64,000 bases of DNA from Octopus sinensis (lineage: Eukaryota). Position numbers and translations under genes: made by a program. The notes under the pieces are model-generated. The model did not search any database, was not told the origin of the DNA, and was given only the letters and a program-made list of their open reading frames with translations. Shown here piece after piece: positions 51,653-64,000 of this stretch; the first letter of the stretch is position 1, and each line of letters starts with the position of its first letter. The stretch lies in assembly GCF_006345805.1 (NCBI RefSeq), contig NC_043023.1:3472001-3536000 (forward strand). Reading direction: 5' to 3'.

Positions 51653-52050
51653 ATTATTATTATTATTATCATAATGATGATGATAATAATAATAATAATA
51701 ATGATGATGATGATGATAAAAATAATAATGATAATAATAATAATTATAATGATGATGATAATAATAATGATGATGATGATAAAAATAATAATGATGATAA
51801 TAATAATAATAATGATGATGATGATAAAAATAATAATGATGATAATAATAATTATAATGATGATGATAATAATAATAATGATGATAATAATAATTATAAT
51901 GATGATGATAATAAAAATAATAATGATAATAATAATAATTATAATGATGATGATAATAATAATTATAATGATGATGATGATAAAAATAATAATGATGATA
52001 ATAATAATTATAATGATGATGATGATAAAAATAATAATAATAATAATAAT
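51653..52050. repeat. (AAT)n/(GAT)n compound microsatellite
   Basis: Direct reading. Produces poly-I/M ORFs. Confidence 0.95.
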
Positions 52051-55000
52051 CACCAATGGTTAGATTTTACTAAATCAAGGTGGTGAGCTGGCAGAACGTT
52101 AGCACGCCGGGTGAAATGCGTAGCTGTATGTCGTCAGTCGTTACGTTCCGAGTTCAAATTCCGCCGAGGTCGACTTTGCCTTTCATCCTTCGGGGTCGGA
52201 TAAATTAGTACCAGTTACGCACTGGTCGATTAATCGACTTAATCCCTTTGTCTGTCCTTGTTTTCCCCTCTGTGTTTAGCCCCTTGTGGGTAGTAAAGAA
52301 ATAATAATAATATATAATAATAATATTAAAATAAAATAAAATATGATGATAATAATAATAAAAATGAAAATAATAATAATATGCATAATAATGCAAATAA
52401 GAATTCTAATATTATAATAAAATAATAATAATAATGATGATGATGATAATAATATAAAAATGAAACTAATAAATATTGCTAATAATAATACATAATATAG
52501 ATATTTGATGATGATGATGAACCATAATAATACTAAGGAAACTGAATAATATGTGATTAATAATAATAAGAATAATATAATAATAATAGACAATGTGAAA
52601 AGCATGATCAATTTGGGGTTAAATACAGGTGATCTGTTGAAACTGTTCGCACTGTTCATTAAACAATCTTTGTACAAACCGCATCACACTTTTTGGTGTG
52701 TGGTTTACTTTCATAAGAATTATGTCAATCTTTATAATTAATAATAATAATGCTAATAATGATATAATAATAATGATCGCATATAATAATGTCCTGTGAT
52801 GGTAATAGTTGCTATCCGTAAATGTTGTAATCATAATCTCTTTATTATTAACACCACACGTGTTTGTGCTTTCCAAGTGTGTATTGTCTTATAATGTTAT
52901 ATGTGTATATATATTGTGGTGTATATATATATGTATAACCTATGCGTAATATATGTGTGTGTGTGTGCAGAATATATATATAATCTATAAATACATACCT
53001 ACATTCTATATACACTTACGCACACATTAAATGTCTGTGTACTATAATTTATATATTAATGTAATTATATCCCATTGAATTATATGAGTAAACTGTGTTA
53101 CCACAAGATGTGGATGCAATCATTTTATACATACATGCATGTATAATATATATATATCATTATATATATATATATATAATATCTATATATATATAGATAT
53201 ATATATATATATATAATACTACACAACATACACACACCATACACACCCGTGCATACAAATGTTGTGTATGTGTATAGATATTGTGTATTTATATATACAT
53301 TATAAATTATTTGGGTATTATGTGTGTAATGTGTATATATATATATATATATATATATTTGTGTTTATGTGTGTATGTGTATATATATATTATATATATA
53401 TATATATAATATATATATAATATATATAATATATTTGTATTAGTGTGTATGCATATATAATATATATATTTGTATTTATGTGTGTATGTGTATATATATA
53501 TATATATTTTTGTATTTATGTGTGTATGTGTATGATATATATTATAATTTGTATTTATATATATATGTAATACACATATATATAATATAATTTGATTTAA
53601 TGTGTGTATGTGTATATATATATAATATCATATATTTTTGTATTTATGTGTGTATGTGTATATATATATATATATATTTGTATTTATGTGTGTATGTATA
53701 TATATATATATATTTGTATTTATGTGTGTATGTATATATTATATATATATTTGTATTTATGTGTGTATGTATTATATATATATATTTGTATTTATGTGTG
53801 TATGTGTATATATATATATATATATATAAAATGTATGTACATGTGTATAGATATACGTACAATGTTCTTTGTAGTATATCATAAGAATTCCAGTACCACC
53901 ACCCCTACACAACCATGGTACAACACCACACAACGCCCCCACCCCCACCACTTATGCCCATGTGTAAAAAGAAAAAAAAACTACATCCCTCAATCTTGTG
54001 CAAAAAAAAAATTAAAAAATTAAATAAAACATTCTCATTTTATGAACAGAAATATTTCACTCTGAAAATATTATGAAAGGAAAAGTCTTGTTATTGAATT
54101 TGTTGTTATTCATGTGTGTGTGTATCTATTATATAAAATCCGTTCTGTCTGTCTGTGTGTCTTCTAGGATCTTGGGCATCCTCCATCTGATTGCGCTCAA
54201 ATTTGATATGTAGATACTGATGGTATCAGGGCATGTGTAAGTCTTGAAAAAATTACAAAAATCGATTCCAGGTGAGAATGCGATCGATAAAGCCGTTGGA
54301 ACATGCATTTGTAAAATCGTTTTTTCTTTGGAATAGAAAAAAAGTCTATCTTTATTTCTTCTTTTGCTGGTGTCTCAAATTTAGGTTAAATGAGTGTTTC
54401 TCAAAGGGGAGGCCTATGGGACGGTCAAACAAGTTGTTTTGAGAAAATTTGGTTTAAATGTTTGACAACTCAGCACCGTCCATTGAATGGGGAGGCATTT
54501 TGCTCGTATGTATATATATATATATATTTCGATTGGTGAATGAATTATCCTATGTTTACCGTCAACATGGAAAATTCGGTGAACCGATACCAGGGTAGCA
54601 AATTCACGTCAGAAACACGATTGAAGTGACCTGTCCAAAGGTAGAAACTCTGGGTTCATGTGCAGAAATTTGTGTGTTATATATGAATAAATGAAAGAAT
54701 GGACTCGAACGAAGATGTTAACAAAATTCCTTTACTCTCGACATATGTTTCGAAGACAACATGGTTTTTTGGAATAGAATCATGTTGCCTTCGAAACATA
54801 TGTCGAGAGTAAAGGAATTTTGCTAACATCTTCGTTCAACTCCATATATTCATAAATATATATATATATATATATAGGTGCAGGTGGGCGTGGCTGTGTG
54901 GTAAGAAGCTTGCTTTCCAACCACATGGTTCTGGGTTCAGTCCCACTGTGTGGCACCTTGGTCTGAGTGTCTTATAGAATAGCCTTGGGCTGACCAAAGC

Positions 55001-56482
55001 CTTGTGAGTGGATTTCGGATACAGAAACTGAAAGAAGCCTATTTTGTGTGTGTGTGCATATAAGTATATATATATATCATCATCATCATCGTTTAACGTC
55101 CGCTGTCCATGCTTGCATGGGTTGGACGATTTTGTTCGAGGGCTGGCGAACATGATGGCTGCACCAGGCTCCAATCTTGATCTGGCAGAGTTTCCACAGC
55201 TGGATGCCCTTCCTAATGCCAACAAGTCCGAGAGTGTAGTGGGTGCTTTTTACATGCCACCGGCATGAGGGCCAGTCAGGCGGTACTGGCAATGGCCTCA
55301 CTCGAGTTTTGCCAGTACCACCTGAATGGTCCCATGCCGGTGGCACATATATATTATATATATCATCCTCATTGTTTAGCATCCGTCTTTTATGCATACA
55401 TGGCAAGGATGGTTGACAAGAGCCAGCCATGTAGAAGACTACCCCAGGCTACTGTGTCTGTTTTAGCAGGGTTTTTATGGCTGGATGCCCTTCCTGACAC
55501 CGACCACTCTGCAGAGTAGACTCGGTGCTTTTTACATAACCCCAGCACTGGTCAGATTAGTTTTAGCATGATTTTTACTACAAGACGCCCTTCCAAATGC
55601 CAACCACTTCACAGTGTGGACTGGATGCTTTTTATGTAGTACCATCACAGAAGGCAAAATCAATTGATCCTAGAATGTCTATGATCCTATTTGTATTTTA
55701 TAAATGGGAAAACTATTTCAGAGAAATATGTTTGCTATATTCTCCATGCGTGTTTACATATAGTGAGAGATGAGTGGTGTTGGAGGATTTTAGCTGCTCT
55801 TTCAAGCAAACAGGTACTTATCGTACCCAATCATATCAAAGGGAAATGGAATTTAATTAAAATTAAAACATTCAATCAAAATTTACATTTCCAGTGGTCT
55901 AACGTGCAAAAAATATTAGTCAAGAAGACTATATATTAGTCATACGATATAGTGTATATTTAAACACATAATGAATACACTTATAGGGAATTCAGCACGC
56001 TAGAAAGAACAGCTAGGTTCTGTAAACCACAAAAATGACGGATAAAATTCGACAGGAATATATTTGGAAATGGTATTTTTGTGGTTTACAGAACCTAGCT
56101 GTTCTTTCTAATGTGTTGAAAATCCTGCAAGTGGATTCCTTATGTGTATAAATATACATTATATCGTATGACTATATATATATATATCACGTGACAGACC
56201 AGACCATCAGATGTTGTTACACATTGCTGGTCACAATGCGTTCGCATTGTTCTAGCCTTCAAATGACGCCACCCCACTGGCTAAGCGAGCAGGCCAACAG
56301 AAGAAAGAGTGGTGAAAGAGTACAGCAGGGATCACCACCCCCTGCCGGAGCCTCGTGGAGCTTTTAGGTGTTTTCGCTCAATAAACACTCACAACGCCTG
56401 GTCTAGGAATCAAAACCGCGAGTCCGCTGCCCTAACCACTAGGCCATTGCGCCTCCATATATATATATATATATATATATAT

Positions 56483-56780
56483 ACAGGGGTGAGTCAAAAA
56501 GTAATACCATTTTGTTTAGAACAGGTATAATTACCAACACAGGAATATGTATCATACATCAAAATGAAGCTGGTCCTCTGTGGATCACATCCCTACTTCT
56601 CAACATAGTCACCGTTTCTCTCAATAGCAATGTTCCACCTTCGAATAAAAGCATGTATTCCTGCCCTGTAATATTCTGTTGACTGTTCTTTGAGCCACAT
56701 CTTCACTACAGTTTTCACTTCCTGGAATATTCTTCGGCCCCATTAAAGAGGGTTTGAGAGGCAAACATTATTTCGGTTTC
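56483..56780 (-). mobile_element. mariner 3' end remnant
   Basis: Minus strand reads GIHAFIRRWNIAIERNGDYVEK-stop, followed by the TIR cagggg.. next to a (TA)n tract. Confidence 0.6.
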
Positions 56781-57521
56781 CTGAAATGCCAAGCTTTGTA
56801 AAGGGAGATAATTTGACATCTTGGTTATCTTTCTTCCCATGCTCTTAAGAGTTACCTCCCTTAACCATTTCTCGATACAATCACACTATCTCGGTTTTGG
56901 ATTTGGTTTGCTAGATTCTTTATATGAGTTCGTGTGTTGAAGCATGTTTTGTTGTGTCTGGGAAGAGTCATTTTCTTTTTGGGCCTTATAATTTAATACA
57001 CTCATCGATAAAATAATCAAGACTATTGAAAAGGTTGCAAGATGTAACGAAAATTTTAGGAGAATAAAAATAAGAAATAAGTGGAAATTTACCGGTGAGT
57101 GTGTTAAATAAAAAGGCACAAAAGAAAATGACTCTCCCCAGACACAATATATATATATATATATATATTATAAAGTATATCTATATATATATATAATATA
57201 TATTATATAATATATATATATATAACGGGAAGCTTTATGAAAATAGACAAAAGAGAAGGCAGGTAGAATACAAACAAACAATTGTATTAGTATGGCGCTC
57301 AGGAAAATAAATAAAACAAGTCTTTAACGTTTCGAGCCTACGCTCTTCAACAGAAAGATACACAGAGAAAAAAAACACAGAAAGAAGGAGAGAAAAAAAA
57401 ATATATATGTATACATATATATATATATATTACACACACACACACATATATATGTGTATTTATATATTATATGTGTGTATGTGTATATATATATATATAT
57501 ATAATATATATATATATATTA

Positions 57522-57555
<34 letters not shown>

Positions 57556-58057
57556 TCACCGTGACCGACCGGCCATCAGATGTGGTTACACATCGCTTGG
57601 TCACAATGCGCTTCGCATTGTTTTAGCCGTCAAATGACGCCACTCCGCTGGCTAAGCGTGCAGGCCAATATATATACATATATATATATTAGTGTCTGGG
57701 GAGAGTCATTTTCTGTTTGTGCCTTATAATTTAACACACTCACCGGTAAAATTTCCACTTATCCTTATTTTATTTTATAAGAAATAAGTGGAAATTTTAC
57801 CGGTGAGTGTGTTAAATTATAAGGCACAAACAGAAAATGACTCTCCCCAGACACAACATCACAATATCTTTTATCTTTCGTTTATTTCGGTCATTGGGCT
57901 GTGGCCATGATGTAGCACCACCTCAGAGGGTTTTAGTCGAAAAGATCAAACCCACCTCCAGAACTTATTAATTAACCCAGGTACTTATTCTGTCGCTCTC
58001 TTATTCTGAACTCCTACGGATGCCATATGGTAGTGGAGGACACACAAAGACACATCA

Positions 58058-58059
<2 letters not shown>

Positions 58060-58089
<30 letters not shown>

Positions 58090-58430
58090 CATTATCATCA
58101 TCATCATCATCATCATTCATCATCATCATCAATCATAATCAATTATCATCAATCATCATCATCATTCATCAATCATCATCAATCATCATCATCATCATTC
58201 ATCATCATCAATTATCATCATCAATCAATCATCATCATTATCCATCATCAATCATCATTAATCAATCATCGTCATCATCATCAATCATCATCATCAATCA
58301 ATCATCATCAATCACCATCATCATCAATCAATCATCATGATCCATCATCATCATCATCATCATCAATCAATCATCATCATCATCGTCATCATCAATCATC
58401 ATCATCATCATCATCATCAACATTATTATT
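58060..58430. repeat. (AAT)n/(CAT)n/(CAAT) low-complexity tract
   Basis: Direct reading. The His/Ser-rich ORFs here are spurious. Confidence 0.9.
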
Positions 58431-61384
58431 ATTTAGTGTCTGTTCATGCTGCTATGGTTGGACAGTCTGACTGGATCTGGCAAGACAGAGAGCTGCACCA
58501 GGCCCCAATTATTCGTACTGGCATGGTTTCTGTGGATGGATACCCTTCCCAATGCCAACCACTCCATGGAGTGTTCAAGGTGCTTTTTACACGGCACCAG
58601 CACAGGTGCTTTCTACTTTACTTAGAAACAGGTAAGTGTTGGTAACAGAAAGAGCATCCAGTCATGTAAAATCTGCTTCAACGAACTATTCCTGACCCAT
58701 CCAAGCATAGAAAAGTGGACGTTACAACAATGATGATAATTATATGTATGTATGTATTGCTTGCATCTCTCCTGACACATGGGAGGGCATAGCTATTGAT
58801 CGTAACAGGTGGAGAAGGATTGTGCACGACGGGCTTCTTTCAGCAGTTTCTGTCTACCAAATCCACTCACAAGGCTTTGGTCAGCCTGAGGCTATAGTAG
58901 AAGACACTTGCCCAAGGTGTTACACAGTGGCACTGAACCCGGAACCATGTGGTTGATTAGCAAGTTACTTACCACACAGCCACACCTGCGCCTATGAACA
59001 AAATACAAGTTTACGAGTAGTTTTCCTGCTTTCAGAATGGTCACTTGTTGCTTGAAGACCAACCTTGTCCAGGGTGGCTGGCAACCTCCTGACCAAATGA
59101 AAACATGAAAATTCATGAACTGATCTTAGAGGACCATTGCTAAACAATTGGGGAACTTGTTGATGTGACTGGTCTGTCCCTGGAGTTCCTGCCAACGAAT
59201 TTTGAGCAAGGAATTCTGGATAAAAAGAGTTGCAGCAAAAGTTGGCCTCGCTTGCTCATGGAAGATCAAGAACAAGGCGGCAAGCTGGCAGAACCGTTAG
59301 CACGCCGGGCGAAATGCTTAGCGGTATTTCGCCTGCCACTACGTTCTGAGTTCAAATTCTGCCGAGGTCAACTTTACCTTTCATCCTTTCAGGGTTGATT
59401 AAATAAGTACCAGTTTAACACTGGGGTCAATGTAATCGACTTAATCCATTTGTCTGTCCTTGTTTGTCCCCTCTATGTTTAGCCCCTTGTGGGTAGTAAA
59501 GAAATAAGAAGCATGTGATGTATATATAAATATGTATGACACACAGTGACCATCTTCACACTCGCCTCTCTCCAAAACAACCACTTCCGGTCACTTCAGC
59601 AATGTACTACACACATGCAGTTGGTGATTTTCTTTTTCCCTTTCCTGACAAAGAGCTATGCTCGAAACATCAAAAACTCTCTCTTTTTACTGAGCATCAA
59701 ACAAATACATTCTTTGTATGTTCACTTGTTCCTCTTTATTGTTAATTTTATTGTTTGTTTATTTGAACTGACTATGGTTCCGGGTTCAATCCCACTGCAT
59801 GGTACTTTGGGAAAGTAGTGTCTTCTACTATAGCCTTGGGCCGACCAAAGCCTTGTGAATGGATTTAGTAGACGGAAACTGAAAGAAGCCCGTCATATAT
59901 ATGTGTATGTATGCATGTATGTATGTATGTCTGTGTGTGTGTGTGCGTTTGCCCCCCCCCCCCAACATTGCTTGACAACCGATGCTGGGGTGTTTACGTC
60001 CCCATAACTTAGCGGTTCGGCAAAAGAGTCCAATAGAATAAGTACTAGGCTTACAAAGAATAAGTCCTGGGGTCGATTTGCTCAACTAAAGGCGGTGCTC
60101 CAGCATGGCCACAGTCAAATGACTGAAACAAGAAAAAAAAATGTGTGTGTACTCAGATATGGCTGAGTAGTAAGAAGTTTGCTTTGCAATCACTTGGTTC
60201 TGGGTTCAATACCACTGCATGGCACCTTGGGCTATAGTCTTCTACTATGGCCTTGGGAGTTTGGTAGACGGAAACTGAAAGAAGCCTGTTATATGTGTGT
60301 GTCTTTGGGTCTGTTTGTTCCCACCACTGCTTGATAACTGATGTTGGGGTGTTTACATCCTCATAACTTAGCAGTTCGGCAAAGGAAACTGATAGAATAA
60401 GTACTGGAATCAATTCATTCAACTAAAAATTCTTCAGTGGAGGCGCAATGGCCCAGTGGTTAGGGCAACGAACCCGCAGTCGGAGGATCGCAGTTTCGAT
60501 TCTCAGACCGGGCGTTGTGTGTGTTTGTTGAGCGAAAACATCTAAAAGCTCCACGAGGCTCTGGCAGGGGGTGGTGGCAACCCCTTTTGTATTCTTTCAC
60601 CCCAACTTTCTCTCACTCTCTCTTCCTGTTTCTTGGGTAACGCTGCAATGGACTGGCATCCCCTTCCAGCTGGGGGGAACACATACACCACAGAAACCAG
60701 GGAACTGGGTCCATGAGCCTGGCTAGGCTTGAAAAGGGCGACATTTATCGTTTTTTATATATACTCTTTACTCTTTTACTTGTTTCAGTCATTTGACTGT
60801 GGCCATGCTGGAGCACCGCCTTTAATTGAGCAAATCGACCCCAGGACTTATTTTTTTGTAAGCCTAGTATTTATTCTATCGGTCTCTTTTGCCGAACCGC
60901 TAAGTAATGGGGACATAAACACACCAGCATCGGTTGTCAAGCAATGGCTAGGGGACAAACACAGACGCCACAACATACACGCATAAATATATATATACAT
61001 ATATACGACGGGCTTCTTTTCAGTTTCCGTCTACCAAATCCACTTACAAGGCTTTGGTCGGCCCGGGCTATAGCAGAAGACACTTGCCCAAGGTGCCACG
61101 CAGTGGGACTGAACCCTGACCATGTGGTTGGTTAGCAAGCTACTTACCACACAGCCACTCTGCGCCTATATATATATATATCTGCGATGGACTGGCGTCC
61201 TGTCCAGCGGGGGAACACATACGCCGCAGAACCAGGGAACCGGGTCTATGAGCCTGGCTAGGCTTGAAAAGGGCGGAAAAAAATTTTCAAGCCAGTGCCC
61301 CAGCATGGCCACTGTCTAACGGCTGAAACAAGTAAAAGATAAAGGAATACACAGCCTAAGAAAGAAGACAATTAACCACTTTGG

Positions 61385-61484
61385 NNNNNNNNNNNNNNNN
61401 NNNNNNNNNNNNNNNNNNNNNNNNNNNNNNNNNNNNNNNNNNNNNNNNNNNNNNNNNNNNNNNNNNNNNNNNNNNNNNNNNNNN
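61385..61484. other. Assembly gap (100 N) flanked by a 1.8-kb direct duplication
   Basis: 59573-61384 is nearly identical to 61485-63297. Confidence 0.95.
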
Positions 61485-64000
61485 CAAAACAACCACTTCC
61501 GGTCACTTCAGCAATGTACTACACACATGCAGTTGGGATTTTCTTTTTCCTTCCCTTTCAAAGAGCTATGCGCGAAACATCAAAAACTCTCTCTTTTACT
61601 GAGCATCAAAACAAATACATCTTGTATGTCCACTTGTTCTTCTTATTGTTAATTTTATTGTTTGTTTATTTGAACGGACTATGGTTCCGGGTTCAATCCC
61701 ACTGCATGGTACTTTGGGAAAGTAGTGTCTTCTACTATAGCCTTGGGCCGACCAAAGCCTTGTGAATGGATTTAGTAGACGGAAACTGAAAGAAGCCCGT
61801 CATATATATGTGTATGTATGCATGTATGTATGTATGTCTGTGTGTGTGTGTGTGTGTTTGTCCCCCCCAACATTGCTTGACAACCGATGCTGGGGTGTTT
61901 ACGTCCCCATAACTTAGCGGTTCGGCAAAAGAGTCCAATAGAATAAGTACTAGGCTTACAAAGAATAAGTCCTGGGGTCGATTTGCTCAACTAAAGGCGG
62001 TGCTCCAGCATGGCCACAGTCAAATGACTGAAACAAGAAAAAAAAATGTGTGTGTACTCAGATATGGCTGAGTAGTAAGAAGTTTGCTTTGCAATCACTT
62101 GGTTCTGGGTTCAATACCACTGCATGGCACCTTGGGCTATAGTCTTCTACTATGTCGCCTTGGGAGTTTGGTAGACGGAAACTGAAAGAAGCCTGTTATA
62201 TGTGTGTGTCTTTGGGTCTGTTTGTTCCCACCACTGCTTGATAACTGATGTTGGGGTGTTTACATCCTCATAACTTAGCAGTTCGGCAAAGGAAACTGAT
62301 AGAATAAGTACTGGAATCAATTCATTCAACTAAAAATTCTTCAGTGGAGGCGCAATGGCCCAGTGGTTAGGGCAACGAACCCGCAGTCGGAGGATCGCAG
62401 TTTCGATTCTCAGACCGGGCGTTGTGTGTGTTTGTTGAGCGAAAACATCTAAAAGCTCCACGAGGCTCTGGCAGGGGGTGGTGGCAACCCCTTTTGTATT
62501 CTTTCACCCCAACTTTCTCTCACTCTCTCTTCCTGTTTCTTGGGTAACGCTGCAATGGACTGGCATCCCCTTCCAGCTGGGGGGAACACATACACCACAG
62601 AAACCAGGGAACTGGGTCCATGAGCCTGGCTAGGCTTGAAAAGGGCGACATTTATCGTTTTTTATATATACTCTTTACTCTTTTACTTGTTTCAGTCATT
62701 TGACTGTGGCCATGCTGGAGCACCGCCTTTAATTGAGCAAATCGACCCCAGGACTTATTTTTTGTAAGCCTAGTATTTATTCTATCGGTCTCTTTGCCGA
62801 ACCGCTAAGTAATGGGGACATAAACACCACCAGCATCGGTTGTCAAGCAATGGCTAGGGGACAAACACAGACGCCACAACATACACGCATAAATATATAT
62901 ATACATATATACGACGGGCTTCTTTTCAGTTTCCGTCTACCAAATCCACTTACAAGGCTTTGGTCGGCCCGGGCTATAGCAGAAGACACTTGCCCAAGGT
63001 GCCACGCAGTGGGACTGAACCCTGAACCATGTGGTTGGTTAGCAAGCTACTTACCACACAGCCACTCCTGCGCCTATATATATATATATCTGCGATGGAC
63101 TGGCGTCCTGTCCAGCTGGGGGGAACACATACGCCGCAGAAACCAGGGAACCGGGTCTATGAGCCTGGCTAGGCTTGAAAAGGGCGGAAAAAAAATTCTT
63201 CAAGGCAGTGCCCCAGCATGGCCACTGTCTAACGGCTGAAACAAGTAAAAGATAAAGGAATACACAGCCTAAGAAAGAAGACAATTAACCACTTTGGAAG
63301 TAACACATCTTGCTTTATTTTAATTTTTTTAATTTTCTATATATATATTTTTAAATTTTATTTTATATATTTATTTTTAATTAACAAAAAACATAATTAA
63401 AAAGTTGGTAAACTCGTTGAGATGCAGTGTGATGGATCGGTAGTTCAATTCAGAGGTGAATACATTTAATGTCCAGTGGGTCAGTCACAACTATAAATAA
63501 GAAACTGGACGGGGTGGGGGGTGGGGGTGATTATAGGTGTATGTGTGAAGAGGGGGAGGGGCAGTCCATTTATTGAAATGCTTGTTTCATTTTTTCCACA
63601 GGAAGGTCATGGAAGGGTGGGGTTGGGAACAGTGAGGGTGAGGTTTGGCTTACACTTGGTTATACAAGAAGTACGTATAAAGATAGGTGTATATAAACTT
63701 AACGCCCTATATGTACATATATACATACATATATACACACACACATATATATATACATATATAAATATATATATACACACACACACACACATATATATAC
63801 ATATATAAATATATATACACATATATAAATATATATACACACACACACACACATATATACATATATAAATATATATATATGCACACACACATATATATAC
63901 ATACATATAAAATATATATATATACACACACACATATATACATACACACACATATATATATATACATACATATATAAATATATATATATACACACACATA

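Overview
AT-rich, repeat-dense animal genomic DNA with two 100-N gaps. The tRNA-derived SINE families suggest a coleoid cephalopod, probably Octopus (inference). Two protein-coding genes are supported. (1) A complete six-exon rps13 (uS15) on the minus strand, ATG at 31101 and stop at 7858, giving 151 aa, with a 5'TOP/TCT start, an intron-1 YY1 site and an AATAAA signal. (2) An intronless 516-aa Myb/SANT-like (MSANTD/Harbinger-type) ORF at 42481-44031 (+). The main finding is that the rps13 introns carry ten box C/D snoRNA copies in two families. Six U27/SNORD27-like guides (18S Am27/28) lie inside the single 9.2-kb intron 5. Four guides for the 28S site equivalent to yeast Cm2948 (snR69-like) lie in introns 1 and 2. 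Three of these four were made by a tandem triplication that also copied the exon-2 splice acceptor and carries a Merlin-like transposase fragment at its junctions. The rest of the window is SINEs (some as head-to-tail concatemers), CR1/L2-like and RTE LINE fragments, mariner remnants, MITEs, a non-autonomous Helitron, foldback hairpins and microsatellites. The 1.8-kb repeat around the second gap is probably an assembly artefact. Most other ORFs in the track are SINE or microsatellite noise. All family assignments were made by eye from remembered sequences; no searches were run.
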